DNA of 64,000 nucleotides from Giardia intestinalis (Eukaryota): NCBI GenBank assembly GCA_000002435.2, contig CM018793.1; one strand, 5' to 3'. Shown piece by piece: positions 38,732 to 47,864 of this stretch (position 1 is its first letter; each line of letters starts with the position of its first letter). The notes under the pieces were generated by a model. It saw only the letters and a program-made list of their open reading frames with translations, ran no database searches and was not told where the DNA came from. The position numbers and the translations under genes were made by a program.

Positions 38732-39763
38732 ATGCCATATTCGCTTTCTGGTGACCTGGGCGGCACTAAGTGCTTTCTTGCCATTCACGACCTCGATGTC
38801 CTGAAGACCGATCCTCGTGCCGCTCCTCTCCTTGAGCACGAGCTCCTTTGCAAAGACTATCAATCTACGGGAGACCTCATCAACGATTTCCTCAAGCGCT
38901 GGGATAGGGAGACGCCCATCGTTGGCTGCCTCGGCGTAGCTGGTCCCGTAACCAATGGACGAGTGTGCATTACAAACTTAGACTGGAACGAGAGCGAAGA
39001 GGAGCTGCAGAACACGACAGGCGTGGGCAAAATGAAGCTTATCAACGACTTTGCGGCCATCGGCTACGGGCTTCTGGCTATCCGTCCTGACGACTATCTC
39101 GACTTTGACGCAAGAAACGGCTCCGTGAGTACCCCTACTGTCGTTCCGGACAACTCGACCGGGATCGTCTCCTACGCAGGTGCTGGGACAGGCTTTGGCG
39201 TTGGATTTGTCGCTGATGGAGTCGCATACGCAGCTGAGGGCGGGCACACGACGTTTTCTCCCATGGAAGCCGAAGACCATGCACTTGCGCAATTCATCAA
39301 GGAAAAGTACAACACGGATCATGTCAGTTTCGAGCGCGTTGTCTCTGGTCTTGGTCTTCGCAATATGCACGACTTCTTCTGGAAGAATTTGAGTGGTCTG
39401 GCGAGTCCTGTGCTCCGAGAACACGTGCTCTCCAGAGACCACGACATCGACATGGGCTTCCTTGCCAAATGTGCGGAGACAGGGGATAAGTATGCACTCA
39501 AGATTTTCAAGAAATTCTTTTACTATTACGGCTTCTACCTTGGCAACATCTGTGTCCTCTTCAGGCCCAAGGATTACTTCATTGCCGGTGGGATTCTGGC
39601 CAAGGATCTCAACCTTGTTTGCGGACCCTGCCGTGAGGATTTCTGTCGTGGGCTGTACACAAAGGGGCGAATGTCCCACCTGCCAAATGGAGTGTCGTTC
39701 CATGTTGTGACAAACCAGAAGCTCGGCATTGTTGGAGCTGCTTATTTCTGTACTAAGATGTGA
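38732..39763 (+). CDS. Glucokinase, bacterial GlcK type
   Basis: N-terminal LSGDLGGTKCFLAIHD (cf. bacterial Glk LVGDVGGTNARFAL). 343 aa. AT-rich initiator ctccaataaaaATG. Confidence 0.75.
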   Translation: MPYSLSGDLGGTKCFLAIHDLDVLKTDPRAAPLLEHELLCKDYQSTGDLINDFLKRWDRETPIVGCLGVAGPVTNGRVCITNLDWNESEEELQNTTGVGKMKLINDFAAIGYGLLAIRPDDYLDFDARNGSVSTPTVVPDNSTGIVSYAGAGTGFGVGFVADGVAYAAEGGHTTFSPMEAEDHALAQFIKEKYNTDHVSFERVVSGLGLRNMHDFFWKNLSGLASPVLREHVLSRDHDIDMGFLAKCAETGDKYALKIFKKFFYYYGFYLGNICVLFRPKDYFIAGGILAKDLNLVCGPCREDFCRGLYTKGRMSHLPNGVSFHVVTNQKLGIVGAAYFCTKM

Positions 39764-39797
39764 ATTCCTTTCTGTGCCTTGGGCGTTGTGCTAGTAC

Positions 39798-41315
39798 TTA
39801 GTAGTATCCTCCTTCACTGATCAGCTGCGCCTTGGAAACATGTGCAGTTAGTCGTGCAAGCTTTGCTTCTAGTTCTAGATTACGCTGGATAAGTGCCATG
39901 TGCTCTTCCGGAGATACACCCACTCTTGTGGCAGTTGTGACCTGTGCTGAGTCCGCGTGCAAGCCAGCTTTAGAACTATGTGAGTCCTCTGTGCTCAATT
40001 GCCCCAGCTCTTCCTGCAAAAACGACAGACTGCACATGGGTTCAGCAACCTTGTTGTGCAACCCATCGTCCCTCCGACACTGCATAGTGACGGTTGTGCA
40101 AGAGATGGGAGACAATCCTAACGGTGCAAGCGAAAGCGGGGTCTCTTTGTGGAGCTGTCCGAATGACAGGGTGCTGTAGCCATCACTCTCAGCCTTCTTT
40201 AGCCACTCCTCTGTGAGCTCCTGCTTAAGAGAAGGCGTTCTACTTAAATTCATTTGCATACAAGAAGTTTGCTTAGTCTCCTTGACAGACACAGCATAGC
40301 GGTAGTTGTGAGGAAGAATCGTCATGTTCTTCACAGGAAGAGACTCTTTGTTTCTGTATATCTGGAAGCCACCACCAGGAAATAAGGCCATGATTTGCCC
40401 GGTGCTCAATCCAAGGAGCACGGTTTGAGTAACCGGTGATGTATCTAGAGCGGTGAAAGCAGCATCGTCCCCTAGGGTTTCGGGAATATCCAAAACCTTT
40501 CTAATGGGTGTGCCATTGTCAGCTGCATCTCTGAGAGATAGAAGGGTGGATGATAGCTCCGGTCCACCTATGGTAACAGAATATAATGTTTTTGCCGTTA
40601 GAAGGTAAAGAACGGTCCCAGTTGGCCCAATACTGAGAGAAACGGGCGTGTCTGGAGCCAACAGCGACATGGTGGCCTCGAGCTTAAAGCCCCTTGAAGC
40701 CTCTACTAATCTCCACCGGCGTAGATGCCCTTTTTCTGCCATGGAATATAAGGTAATATCCCCTGAGCGAACAAACTTATCAAATCTGACGAAAACAAGA
40801 GGAAAGGCGTGATCTGCATTGAGGGCGATTTGCTGGGGCGATTTGTTTGTATAAATAGCAGTAAGAATATTAGAAAATGACCAAAGGGAAACTGTTCCAT
40901 CTTTGCTTCCTGTTACCAGGTAGTTCTGCCAAATATCCAGAGCTGTGATAGTTCGTGAATGAAGCTGCACAATACCGAGAAGAGCGCCTGTTGTAAGGTT
41001 CCAGATGCCTAGCTGTCCAGAAGTGCCGCAAAGAAGAAGGTAGTCTGCGTCACACCCCTCGGCTCTACCGTGCAACATGGCGATCTCCACGTCAAAGGGT
41101 GCAGTAAACTTGAATTTCGGTGCAGTATTCTCATACGTGAAGAGATATATCAGATTAGGCTTGGTGCGTACACTCACACAGCCTCCAGTGCCAAAGTAAG
41201 CAAAACTGTTGGGTTCTCCCTCTGAATAGGTTGTCTGCCAGTATATTATGGGTCCTTTCGGGTCCCAAAGCATAAGAGACCCTCCAGGAGACGACGTTGC
41301 CAGAGTTACCGACAT
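39798..41315 (-). CDS. WD40-repeat protein with a C-terminal coiled coil
   Basis: 505 aa. Repeated GxxDGxxxxW-type blades (LVTGSKDGTVSLWSF, LLCGTSGQLGIWNL). C-terminal LELEAKLARLTAHVSKAQL. Confidence 0.5.
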   Translation of the reverse strand: MSVTLATSSPGGSLMLWDPKGPIIYWQTTYSEGEPNSFAYFGTGGCVSVRTKPNLIYLFTYENTAPKFKFTAPFDVEIAMLHGRAEGCDADYLLLCGTSGQLGIWNLTTGALLGIVQLHSRTITALDIWQNYLVTGSKDGTVSLWSFSNILTAIYTNKSPQQIALNADHAFPLVFVRFDKFVRSGDITLYSMAEKGHLRRWRLVEASRGFKLEATMSLLAPDTPVSLSIGPTGTVLYLLTAKTLYSVTIGGPELSSTLLSLRDAADNGTPIRKVLDIPETLGDDAAFTALDTSPVTQTVLLGLSTGQIMALFPGGGFQIYRNKESLPVKNMTILPHNYRYAVSVKETKQTSCMQMNLSRTPSLKQELTEEWLKKAESDGYSTLSFGQLHKETPLSLAPLGLSPISCTTVTMQCRRDDGLHNKVAEPMCSLSFLQEELGQLSTEDSHSSKAGLHADSAQVTTATRVGVSPEEHMALIQRNLELEAKLARLTAHVSKAQLISEGGYY

Positions 41316-41465
41316 TGATGACTGTTTATTTTAAATCCAACATCGTTGGATGGCTAATTCCACCCGCACTCTGGCCCGTTACTTCTGTGCCACTGTAGAT
41401 TTGCAACAGTTCTCCTAAGGGCCGCGAACCTTGCTCACCAGGAGAGTGCAGCGCTAGCAGAGGCC

Positions 41466-42991
41466 ATGATGGGCTCTGCCGCCACAACGTTACTATTGAT
41501 GCCCCTGTTTGTAGCAAGCGTGCTCGTGGAAGCCTGCCAAACTGGCAAGTGCGAGACGGTCGGGTCCGCTGAGATCTGCACCGAGTTCAACGGCTACGGT
41601 CTCAATCTGCCCTGACGGACGGAGTGTGCATAACGGACAATAACGAGTGCAGCTAAAAACAAGGTGGTAAGTGCACACAGGTTAAGGCTGGATACTTCCT
41701 GCCGTCGGGCGTTAATAATGCGCACGACTCAGTTGTCTGGTGCGGGGATGCAACGGGTGTAACGCTTACTGGCAATAAGAAGTACACGGGCGTGGCTGGG
41801 TGTGGTAAGTGTGAGAAACCCGGTGAAGCACAGGATGGTACTCCCAAGGCCGCCACATGCACTGAGTGCCAGGCAGATAAGTATCTGAAGACAGAATCGG
41901 GGACAGCCTCTTGTGTCAGTGCAGAGGAGTGTAAGGATGGATTCTTCCCCACAGCCGATGCACAAGGCAAGAAGGTGTGTGCTAAGTGCAGCGATACTGC
42001 CAATGGTGGCATAGAGGACTGTGCAAAGTGCTCTCTCAAGGCAACGTCTGCAAGAGCAGGTCCAATGGTTACGTGCTCTGGGTGTGAGACCAAAAGACTG
42101 AGCCCCCTTAATGATGCATGTCTGGAGGAGTGCCCTGCCGGCACATATCCCGATAATCGTGACAGTACCGGCATTTGCGCTTCCTGTCACAATACATGCG
42201 CAAGCTGTAGTACTAACGCAGAAACGTCGTGCACGGCCTGCTATCCAGGGTATGTGTTGAATCGGTCGTCTGGTGACACAGGAACGTGCATAAAAGAGTG
42301 CACGGGAGACTTTATGGCCCACTGCAAGGCCGACGGCTGCTCACTGAACGTCGGAGGCTCGAAGTACTGCGATCAGTGCGAGGATGGGTACGCCCCAGTC
42401 GACGGCGTTTGCACTAAGGTGGCCAGCACAACGAGAGATGCCTCCGGATGTAAGGCAAGTGGCGGGAAATGCACTGAGTGTGGGGCAAACTACGCTCTGT
42501 TATCGGGCGGATGCTACAATACAAATAAGGTCCCCGGTAACTCTGTATGCACGTTATCCGTAGGCGGAAAGTGTACTATGTGCGTAGCAAGTGGAGCAGA
42601 TCCCAAAGGACAAGCCTGTCCTACATGCCCTGATGGTTGTTTGAAGTGTACTGGTAACGTCGGTTCTCAGACCTGTTCTGTCTGCCTTTCTGGATATTAT
42701 CTTTCTACTAATAAGTGCTTTAGGTGTACAGCAGGTGACGGAGCTAGTGCCAACGCAATCACTGGTGTAGAGAACTGCATAAGCTGTGCCCCTCCAACTG
42801 GTGGCAATGGCGGCTCTGTTACTTGCTATGTCAAGAATGATGACAGCACTGGCGACAACACCGGTGGAAGCACGAATAAGAGCGGGCTCTCCACAGGCGC
42901 CATCGCCGGCATCGCTGTTGCAGCCGTCGTCGTTGTCGGGGGTCTCGTCGGGTTCCTCTGCTGGTGGTTCATTGGCCGCAGAAAAGCATAA
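41466..42991 (+). pseudogene. VSP-like / high-cysteine membrane protein gene with a disrupted 5' end (frameshift plus in-frame stops). Tail ...[17 protein letters not shown] is a variant of the VSP CRGKA tail
   Basis: The ATG at 41466 encodes the signal peptide MMGSAATTLLLMPLFVASVLVEA plus a Cys-rich start, but hits TGA at 41613. The VSP-like Cys-rich body (CXXC motifs, GGCY motif at SGGCYNTN, VSP-type TM) is in another frame, open only after a TAA at 41654. The first ATG of that frame is ~90 codons in. AGTAAAT signal 18 nt after the stop. Confidence 0.5.
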
Positions 42992-43008
42992 GTGACGTTT
43001 GCTCAGGT

Positions 43009-43015
43009 AGTAAAT
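43009..43015 (+). promoter_or_regulatory. AGTAAAT putative polyadenylation signal after the VSP-like (pseudo)gene
   Basis: Exact AGTRAAY match 18 nt after the stop. Confidence 0.45.
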
Positions 43016-44697
43016 GTGTACCCGCACGGGCTGTAGGCTTGTCTATGCCACGCTAGGACCCTGAGTGCAATCGTGCACCACATTCGGGAGACGGAAGGGA
43101 AAGCCCAAGGATGAGTAGTCAGATGACTCTGGAGTCTTACCCGCGCCGTTTTCAGCCGACGTGAGGTGTCTCATTGGATCTGTGTATCGATAAGGCCCCT
43201 CCTGCTCTGACGGATCCTTTTTACCCTAAGAAACCTACCCGCTGTGGGAGCTGCGCCAGGGACAGAGTTCGACGCCCTGTGTAGGACTGCGGTGGCAGAA
43301 GAGCTCATGGGTGATGTACACTGTCACCACGTGCTTGTTTACTCTGCTCCATCAAGGTTGATTTGCCGGCTGCTGTCTGGGTAAATCCGTCAACTATGCG
43401 AGTCACCATGCTAGGCGGTCTCCTTGCTCATCCATCTAGAATCTGGACATCGCATGTAGCGCACTCAGAGCCCGCAAGGCAGCCCACCCAGGCCTGATCT
43501 GTCCGAGGATGGGATGATTGTAGACAGCAAGCGGGGGCTCTCCTCCACTGGTGTAGAGGGACAACTAGGGGCTCCGTGCAATCGTTGCCTCCGTGTCTCG
43601 GGGAGTGCAACGCAAGCTGGAGATCAGACCAGCCCGACGACCAGAACCAGAACCAGAAGCCCGACATCTGGCTCGTCGACAGATGCAAGGCGGTGGGCGT
43701 GGGTGTCATCCAGCAACCGCATGGATACCACAGCGAGAGGACAGAGGCACAGGGACATTCTCAACCATCTACGGGATGGACGGCTCCCCACTCCAGAGAC
43801 GCCAGGAAGGCCCCGCGGGCACCGAGAGTTCTGCCTGGCCCTCACTGTCCTGTGGCAGCCAATGAATACCCAGCAACTGCCCCCTGTCAACCTGTTTCTA
43901 ACCACCAACTGGACCCACTGTGGGACCAGAGTGACTGCGACTGAGAAGGCGTGCTACCCCAGAACCACGGTTGGACGGACACCGAGGGGCAACAGAGGCG
44001 ACTATCATCACTCTCAGAGAGCCACGGCGATAGAGGGCCTACCCGCTCCCAGGGGAAGCAACGACCAAAGATAAATAGCGGCGCTCCCTCATAGCGAGCC
44101 ACGGCCTCATCCACTTCCTATTGCCAAGATAGACTCTCACCGAATCAGGACCGCCAGTGGATCCGAAGCCCCAACGGCTACTGCCGTCGTGACAGGTGGG
44201 TGCATTGTTAAAGAGAATGCAAAGGCCCGCCCTCGCCCGTTGTGAAGCAGGGCCAAGGAGGAGGTCACCTCTAGGGACCACACGAGGCCGTAAGAAGGTC
44301 GGAGCCCCGGGCAGACTGGCGTGCGAGCACTTCTGGAGGCACGCTCGGCCTGAGCACACGCCCGTTGAGCGATCGAAGGAGGCGCCAGGCTCTGGAGTAC
44401 TGATAGAGGAAATCTTTCACTATGCCATCCGCGATCACCCTTCGCCTTTGGGTACGATCAGGAGCTGAGAGAGGCTTGCTTGTGAGACATCTGAACTGCG
44501 CCTGTGGATAGGCCTCGGTGACACAACACCAGAGGCCACAGAGGAGCGCTGGTGTGGTAAGCGACACTACTACTGGATGGAGTGCGCTGGAAGATCCTAG
44601 AGAGGATCCTTGCGGGCTAATTGGCTGTTAAACATTCTTCTCCTGACGTCTCATGTTACTGAGTGAAACACACAAGTAACACGTGAGTCGAGCACCA

Positions 44698-46155
44698 ATG
44701 TTACTACCAGCTCTCTGCTTTTTGATGAGCGGCCTCGCCGCGCAACGCACTAAACAACCCGCGCCCAGCTGCCAGGTCGACAACTGCGAGCAGTGTAACG
44801 CCGACAATGTCCACTGCGACCAGTGCGCAGCGGGCTTCGACCCCAACACCGACAAGACGCAGTGCGTCAGGGCGTGCCAGGTCGACAACTGCGAGCAGTG
44901 TAACGCCGACAATGTCCACTGCGACCAGTGCGCAGCGGGCTTCGACCCCAACACCGACAAGACGCAGTGCGTCAGGGCGTGCCAGGTCGACAACTGCGAG
45001 CAGTGTAACGCCGACAATGTCCACTGCGACCAGTGCGCAGCGGGCTTCGACCCCAACACCGACAAGACGCAGTGCGTCAGGGCGTGCCAGGTCGACAACT
45101 GCGAGCAGTGTAACGCCGACAATGTCCACTGCGACCAGTGCGCAGCGGGCTTCGACCCCAACACCGACAAGACGCAGTGCGTCAGGGCGTGCCAGGTCGA
45201 CAACTGCGAGCAGTGTAACGCCGACAATGTCCACTGCGACCAGTGCGCAGCGGGCTTCGACCCCAACACCGACAAGACGCAGTGCGTCAGGGCGTGCCAG
45301 GTCGACAACTGCGAGCAGTGTAACGCCGACAATGTCCACTGCGACCAGTGCGCAGCGGGCTTCGACCCCAACACCGACAAGACGCAGTGCGTCAGGGCGT
45401 GCCAGGTCGACAACTGCGAGCAGTGTAACGCCGACAATGTCCACTGCGACCAGTGCGCAGCGGGCTTCGACCCCAACACCGACAAGACGCAGTGCGTCAG
45501 GGCGTGCCAGGTCGACAACTGCGAGCAGTGTAACGCCGACAATGTCCACTGCGACCAGTGCGCAGCGGGCTTCGACCCCAACACCGACAAGACGCAGTGC
45601 GTCAGGGCGTGCCAGGTCGACAACTGCGAGCAGTGTAACGCCGACAATGTCCACTGCGACCAGTGCGCAGCGGGCTTCGACCCCAACACCGACAAGACGC
45701 AGTGCGTCAGGGCGTGCCAGGTCGACAACTGCGAGCAGTGTAACGCCGACAATGTCCACTGCGACCAGTGCGCAGCGGGCTTCGACCCCAACACCGACAA
45801 GACGCAGTGCGTCAGGGCGTGCCAGGTCGACAACTGCGAGCAGTGTAACGCCGACAATGTCCACTGCGACCAGTGCGCAGCGGGCTTCGACCCCAACACC
45901 GACAAGACGCAGTGCGTCAGGGCGTGCCAGGTCGACAACTGCGAGCAGTGTAACGCCGACAATGTCCACTGCGACCAGTGCGCAGCGGGCTTCGACCCCA
46001 ACACCGACAAGACGCAGTGCATATCTTCTAGTATCAACAAGAGTAGCGGCCTCTCCACGGGGGCCATAGCTGGTATCTCCGTGGCTGTGGTCGTCGTCGT
46101 GGGGGGCCTCGTGGGCTTCCTCTGCTGGTGGTTCCTGTGTAGGGGTAAGGCGTAG
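44698..46155 (+). CDS. Variant-specific surface protein (VSP) composed of ~12 tandem 35-aa Cys-rich repeats, with the canonical TM and CRGKA C-terminus
   Basis: Signal peptide [15 protein letters not shown]. Repeat unit [35 protein letters not shown] (two CXXC motifs per unit). C-terminus [30 protein letters not shown]. The track start at 44683 is a GTG; the first ATG is at 44698. AGTAAAC 20 nt after the stop. Confidence 0.85.
   Translation: MLLPALCFLMSGLAAQRTKQPAPSCQVDNCEQCNADNVHCDQCAAGFDPNTDKTQCVRACQVDNCEQCNADNVHCDQCAAGFDPNTDKTQCVRACQVDNCEQCNADNVHCDQCAAGFDPNTDKTQCVRACQVDNCEQCNADNVHCDQCAAGFDPNTDKTQCVRACQVDNCEQCNADNVHCDQCAAGFDPNTDKTQCVRACQVDNCEQCNADNVHCDQCAAGFDPNTDKTQCVRACQVDNCEQCNADNVHCDQCAAGFDPNTDKTQCVRACQVDNCEQCNADNVHCDQCAAGFDPNTDKTQCVRACQVDNCEQCNADNVHCDQCAAGFDPNTDKTQCVRACQVDNCEQCNADNVHCDQCAAGFDPNTDKTQCVRACQVDNCEQCNADNVHCDQCAAGFDPNTDKTQCVRACQVDNCEQCNADNVHCDQCAAGFDPNTDKTQCISSSINKSSGLSTGAIAGISVAVVVVVGGLVGFLCWWFLCRGKA
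44770..46020 (+). repeat. Perfect tandem array, 105-bp unit, ~11.9 copies, entirely inside the VSP coding sequence
   Basis: Lines 420 nt apart (the least common multiple of 105 and 60) are identical throughout. The unit is gtcgacaactgcgagcagtgtaacgccgacaatgtccactgcgaccagtgcgcagcgggcttcgaccccaacaccgacaagacgcagtgcgtcagggcgtgccag. The last copy diverges after ...acgcagtgc. Confidence 0.9.
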
Positions 46156-46174
46156 ATTTAGCTGTGACTTAGGT

Positions 46175-46181
46175 AGTAAAC
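46175..46181 (+). promoter_or_regulatory. AGTAAAC putative polyadenylation signal for the VSP gene
   Basis: Exact AGTRAAY match 20 nt after the stop. Confidence 0.5.
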
Positions 46182-47184
46182 GCTGTGTGGTCGACATGTG
46201 GGCGGTGTTCTGGCGTGGGTGAGCAGTGGGTGCCCAACGCCTCACACTGGTGGGCTGGGGCGCTGACCCAGAGTTCTAGCGCATGATGCCTGACCTCACA
46301 CCGAGTGGTAGTCGTGCTCGATCTCTGGGCTCCTGCGAATCTCGCATTCCATTGCTCCTGCAAACACGGTAGGAGGCTCGATCTGCGAGGGAGCTCTACC
46401 GGCGCCTGGACAATGGGAGTGTGCCCGATGGGCTGGAGGGACTTCTCAGAGAGACCGAAACGGAGCCCCGAGGCCGGCGCCCAGGATCCCGTGGTTCTAG
46501 ACTGACGTGTACGGTGTCCATGGTACAGAGGCCGTTAGGCTACCTGCTGGTGGAAAGATGGAGCTAGAAGAGGGCTTGACTGCGCTCACTGGTCCATAGA
46601 GAGTGGTCGAACGAGCGTGAGGACAGAGTATGCGTTACCAATGCGGAGCGGCTCTTCTATGAGACAGCGGAGACGTTAGTAAATAAGACTGGAATAGGTT
46701 ACTGTTACCTATATGCAGGAATTCGCCCGTCTCAGAAGGACAAATCGGGTTAATGACTGAGTTATCGGATTGTTAGGAGAGAACCATTGAAATGGAGGTA
46801 GTATGCTGACCATAGCTATAGGTAAGCACAATAACTGCTGATAGAGCAAGCCTAGAGGCAGAGGTAGACACCCTTGAAAGAAAACTCCGTGACTAGGCAT
46901 TGTATATTTCTGAACGTCCACAGGGAAAAGATGTCTAGCCTGCAGTTACACAGCAACGCCCGAGATAGAGAAAGGACTCACTGGATGCACTCTCTGTATA
47001 AAGATATAGATGGCCAGCGCATAGTAAGTCCAGCAGGACGTGCATCCTACTTTATTGACCGTTGACTACTTGTAATGATAAACTAGACGGAAGGTTCAGA
47101 AACACTGCACTAGGTGGTGCTCAGGTGCCAGTTAGCAATCCACCAAGACTTGAAAAGATATGAGATGGGCTGGTATGAATCAAA

Positions 47185-47847
47185 ATGATGCCTGCTTATG
47201 AAGCAACACTAGATGACTGTAAGCACGTGTATCTTCCTGACGAAGACACATTTCTCTTGATAGACACCCTAACAAAGCTCTCTGGGGAACTGCATCCTCA
47301 ATCGTTTGTGGAAATAGGTTCTGGATCTGGTGTTGTCTCTGTGCACATTCTACAGGTTTTCCCTGGGATCCGTGAGGGTCACGCTGTCGATATTTCTCCT
47401 CATGCCGTGGACATGACTCGGCGAACAGCTTCTCTGAATAATGTACCTCTTTGTGTTCACGAGGGATCTTTCTTCGAGCCGTTAGACGCTTACACAAACT
47501 CTTCCAAAGCCACACGATTTGACCTAATAGTTTTTAACCCACCGTATGTGCCTTCTTCGGAGACAGATCCCGCCCTTGGACCACTTGATCTGGCCCTGGC
47601 TGGAGGCAAGAACGGCTCCGAGGTGATGCTTAAGTTTTTCGAGCTTCTTCCCTCTTACTTGGCTCTTGATGGTCATTGTGTCACGGTAGCAATAGAGGAA
47701 AATGATATTGCAGCTCTCGAGCAAAATGGAAAAAGCAAGGGGTTTATAATGAGAATTCTCGCAGAAAAGCGCCTTCAATCCGAACACTTATATATCCTTT
47801 GCTTTTCCTGGGACAAAACCATGCTCTGTTCCAAAAAACTACCATAA
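47185..47847 (+). CDS. HemK2/Mtq2/N6AMT1-family protein methyltransferase (eRF1 glutamine-N5 methyltransferase type)
   Basis: HVYLPDEDTFLLIDTL, SAM motif VEIGSGSGVVSVHI, catalytic LIVFNPPYVPS, and ALAGGKNGSEVMLKFF. All align to N6AMT1/Mtq2 (VYEPAEDTFLLLDAL, VGSGSGVVSAFL, FNPPYV, AGGRNGREVMDRFF). Confidence 0.8.
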   Translation: MMPAYEATLDDCKHVYLPDEDTFLLIDTLTKLSGELHPQSFVEIGSGSGVVSVHILQVFPGIREGHAVDISPHAVDMTRRTASLNNVPLCVHEGSFFEPLDAYTNSSKATRFDLIVFNPPYVPSSETDPALGPLDLALAGGKNGSEVMLKFFELLPSYLALDGHCVTVAIEENDIAALEQNGKSKGFIMRILAEKRLQSEHLYILCFSWDKTMLCSKKLP

Positions 47848-47864
47848 CTCAAACAAAAACTCCG

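Noticed and set aside
41792-41794. GTG/TTG starts used by the ORF track (e.g. 41792, 44683, 8805, 12518, 16895, 37728, 61849, 6304)
   Set aside because: The genome is eukaryotic, so starts were moved to the first in-frame ATG. For 41792 no suitable ATG exists, which supports the pseudogene call.
41653-42322. Minus-strand ORFs of 173 and 197 aa
   Set aside because: They are antisense to the Cys-rich VSP-like body and are a product of its GC and Cys-codon bias.
43514-44359. Cluster of mutually overlapping 90-190-aa ORFs on both strands
   Set aside because: They have no start context or domains, show R/P/S/T-rich translations, and all overlap one another. They are treated as non-coding GC-rich spacer (see finding).
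44770-46020. Possibility that the perfect repeat array is a CRISPR array
   Set aside because: The repeats are directly contiguous with no spacers, the period is 105 bp, they lie in frame inside a eukaryotic surface-protein gene, and the window is eukaryotic.
44628-46245. Long ORFs in other frames and on the opposite strand across the VSP repeat array (44628..46067 minus, 44704..46245 minus, 44807..46069 plus)
   Set aside because: They are artefacts of a stop-free 105-bp repeat. Only the plus frame carrying the signal peptide and the CRGKA tail is a gene.
47799-47864. ORF-track start of the second methyltransferase at 47799, overlapping the first gene
   Set aside because: That start lies inside the upstream gene's coding region in the same frame family. 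The first ATG after the upstream stop (47865) is the sensible eukaryotic start.
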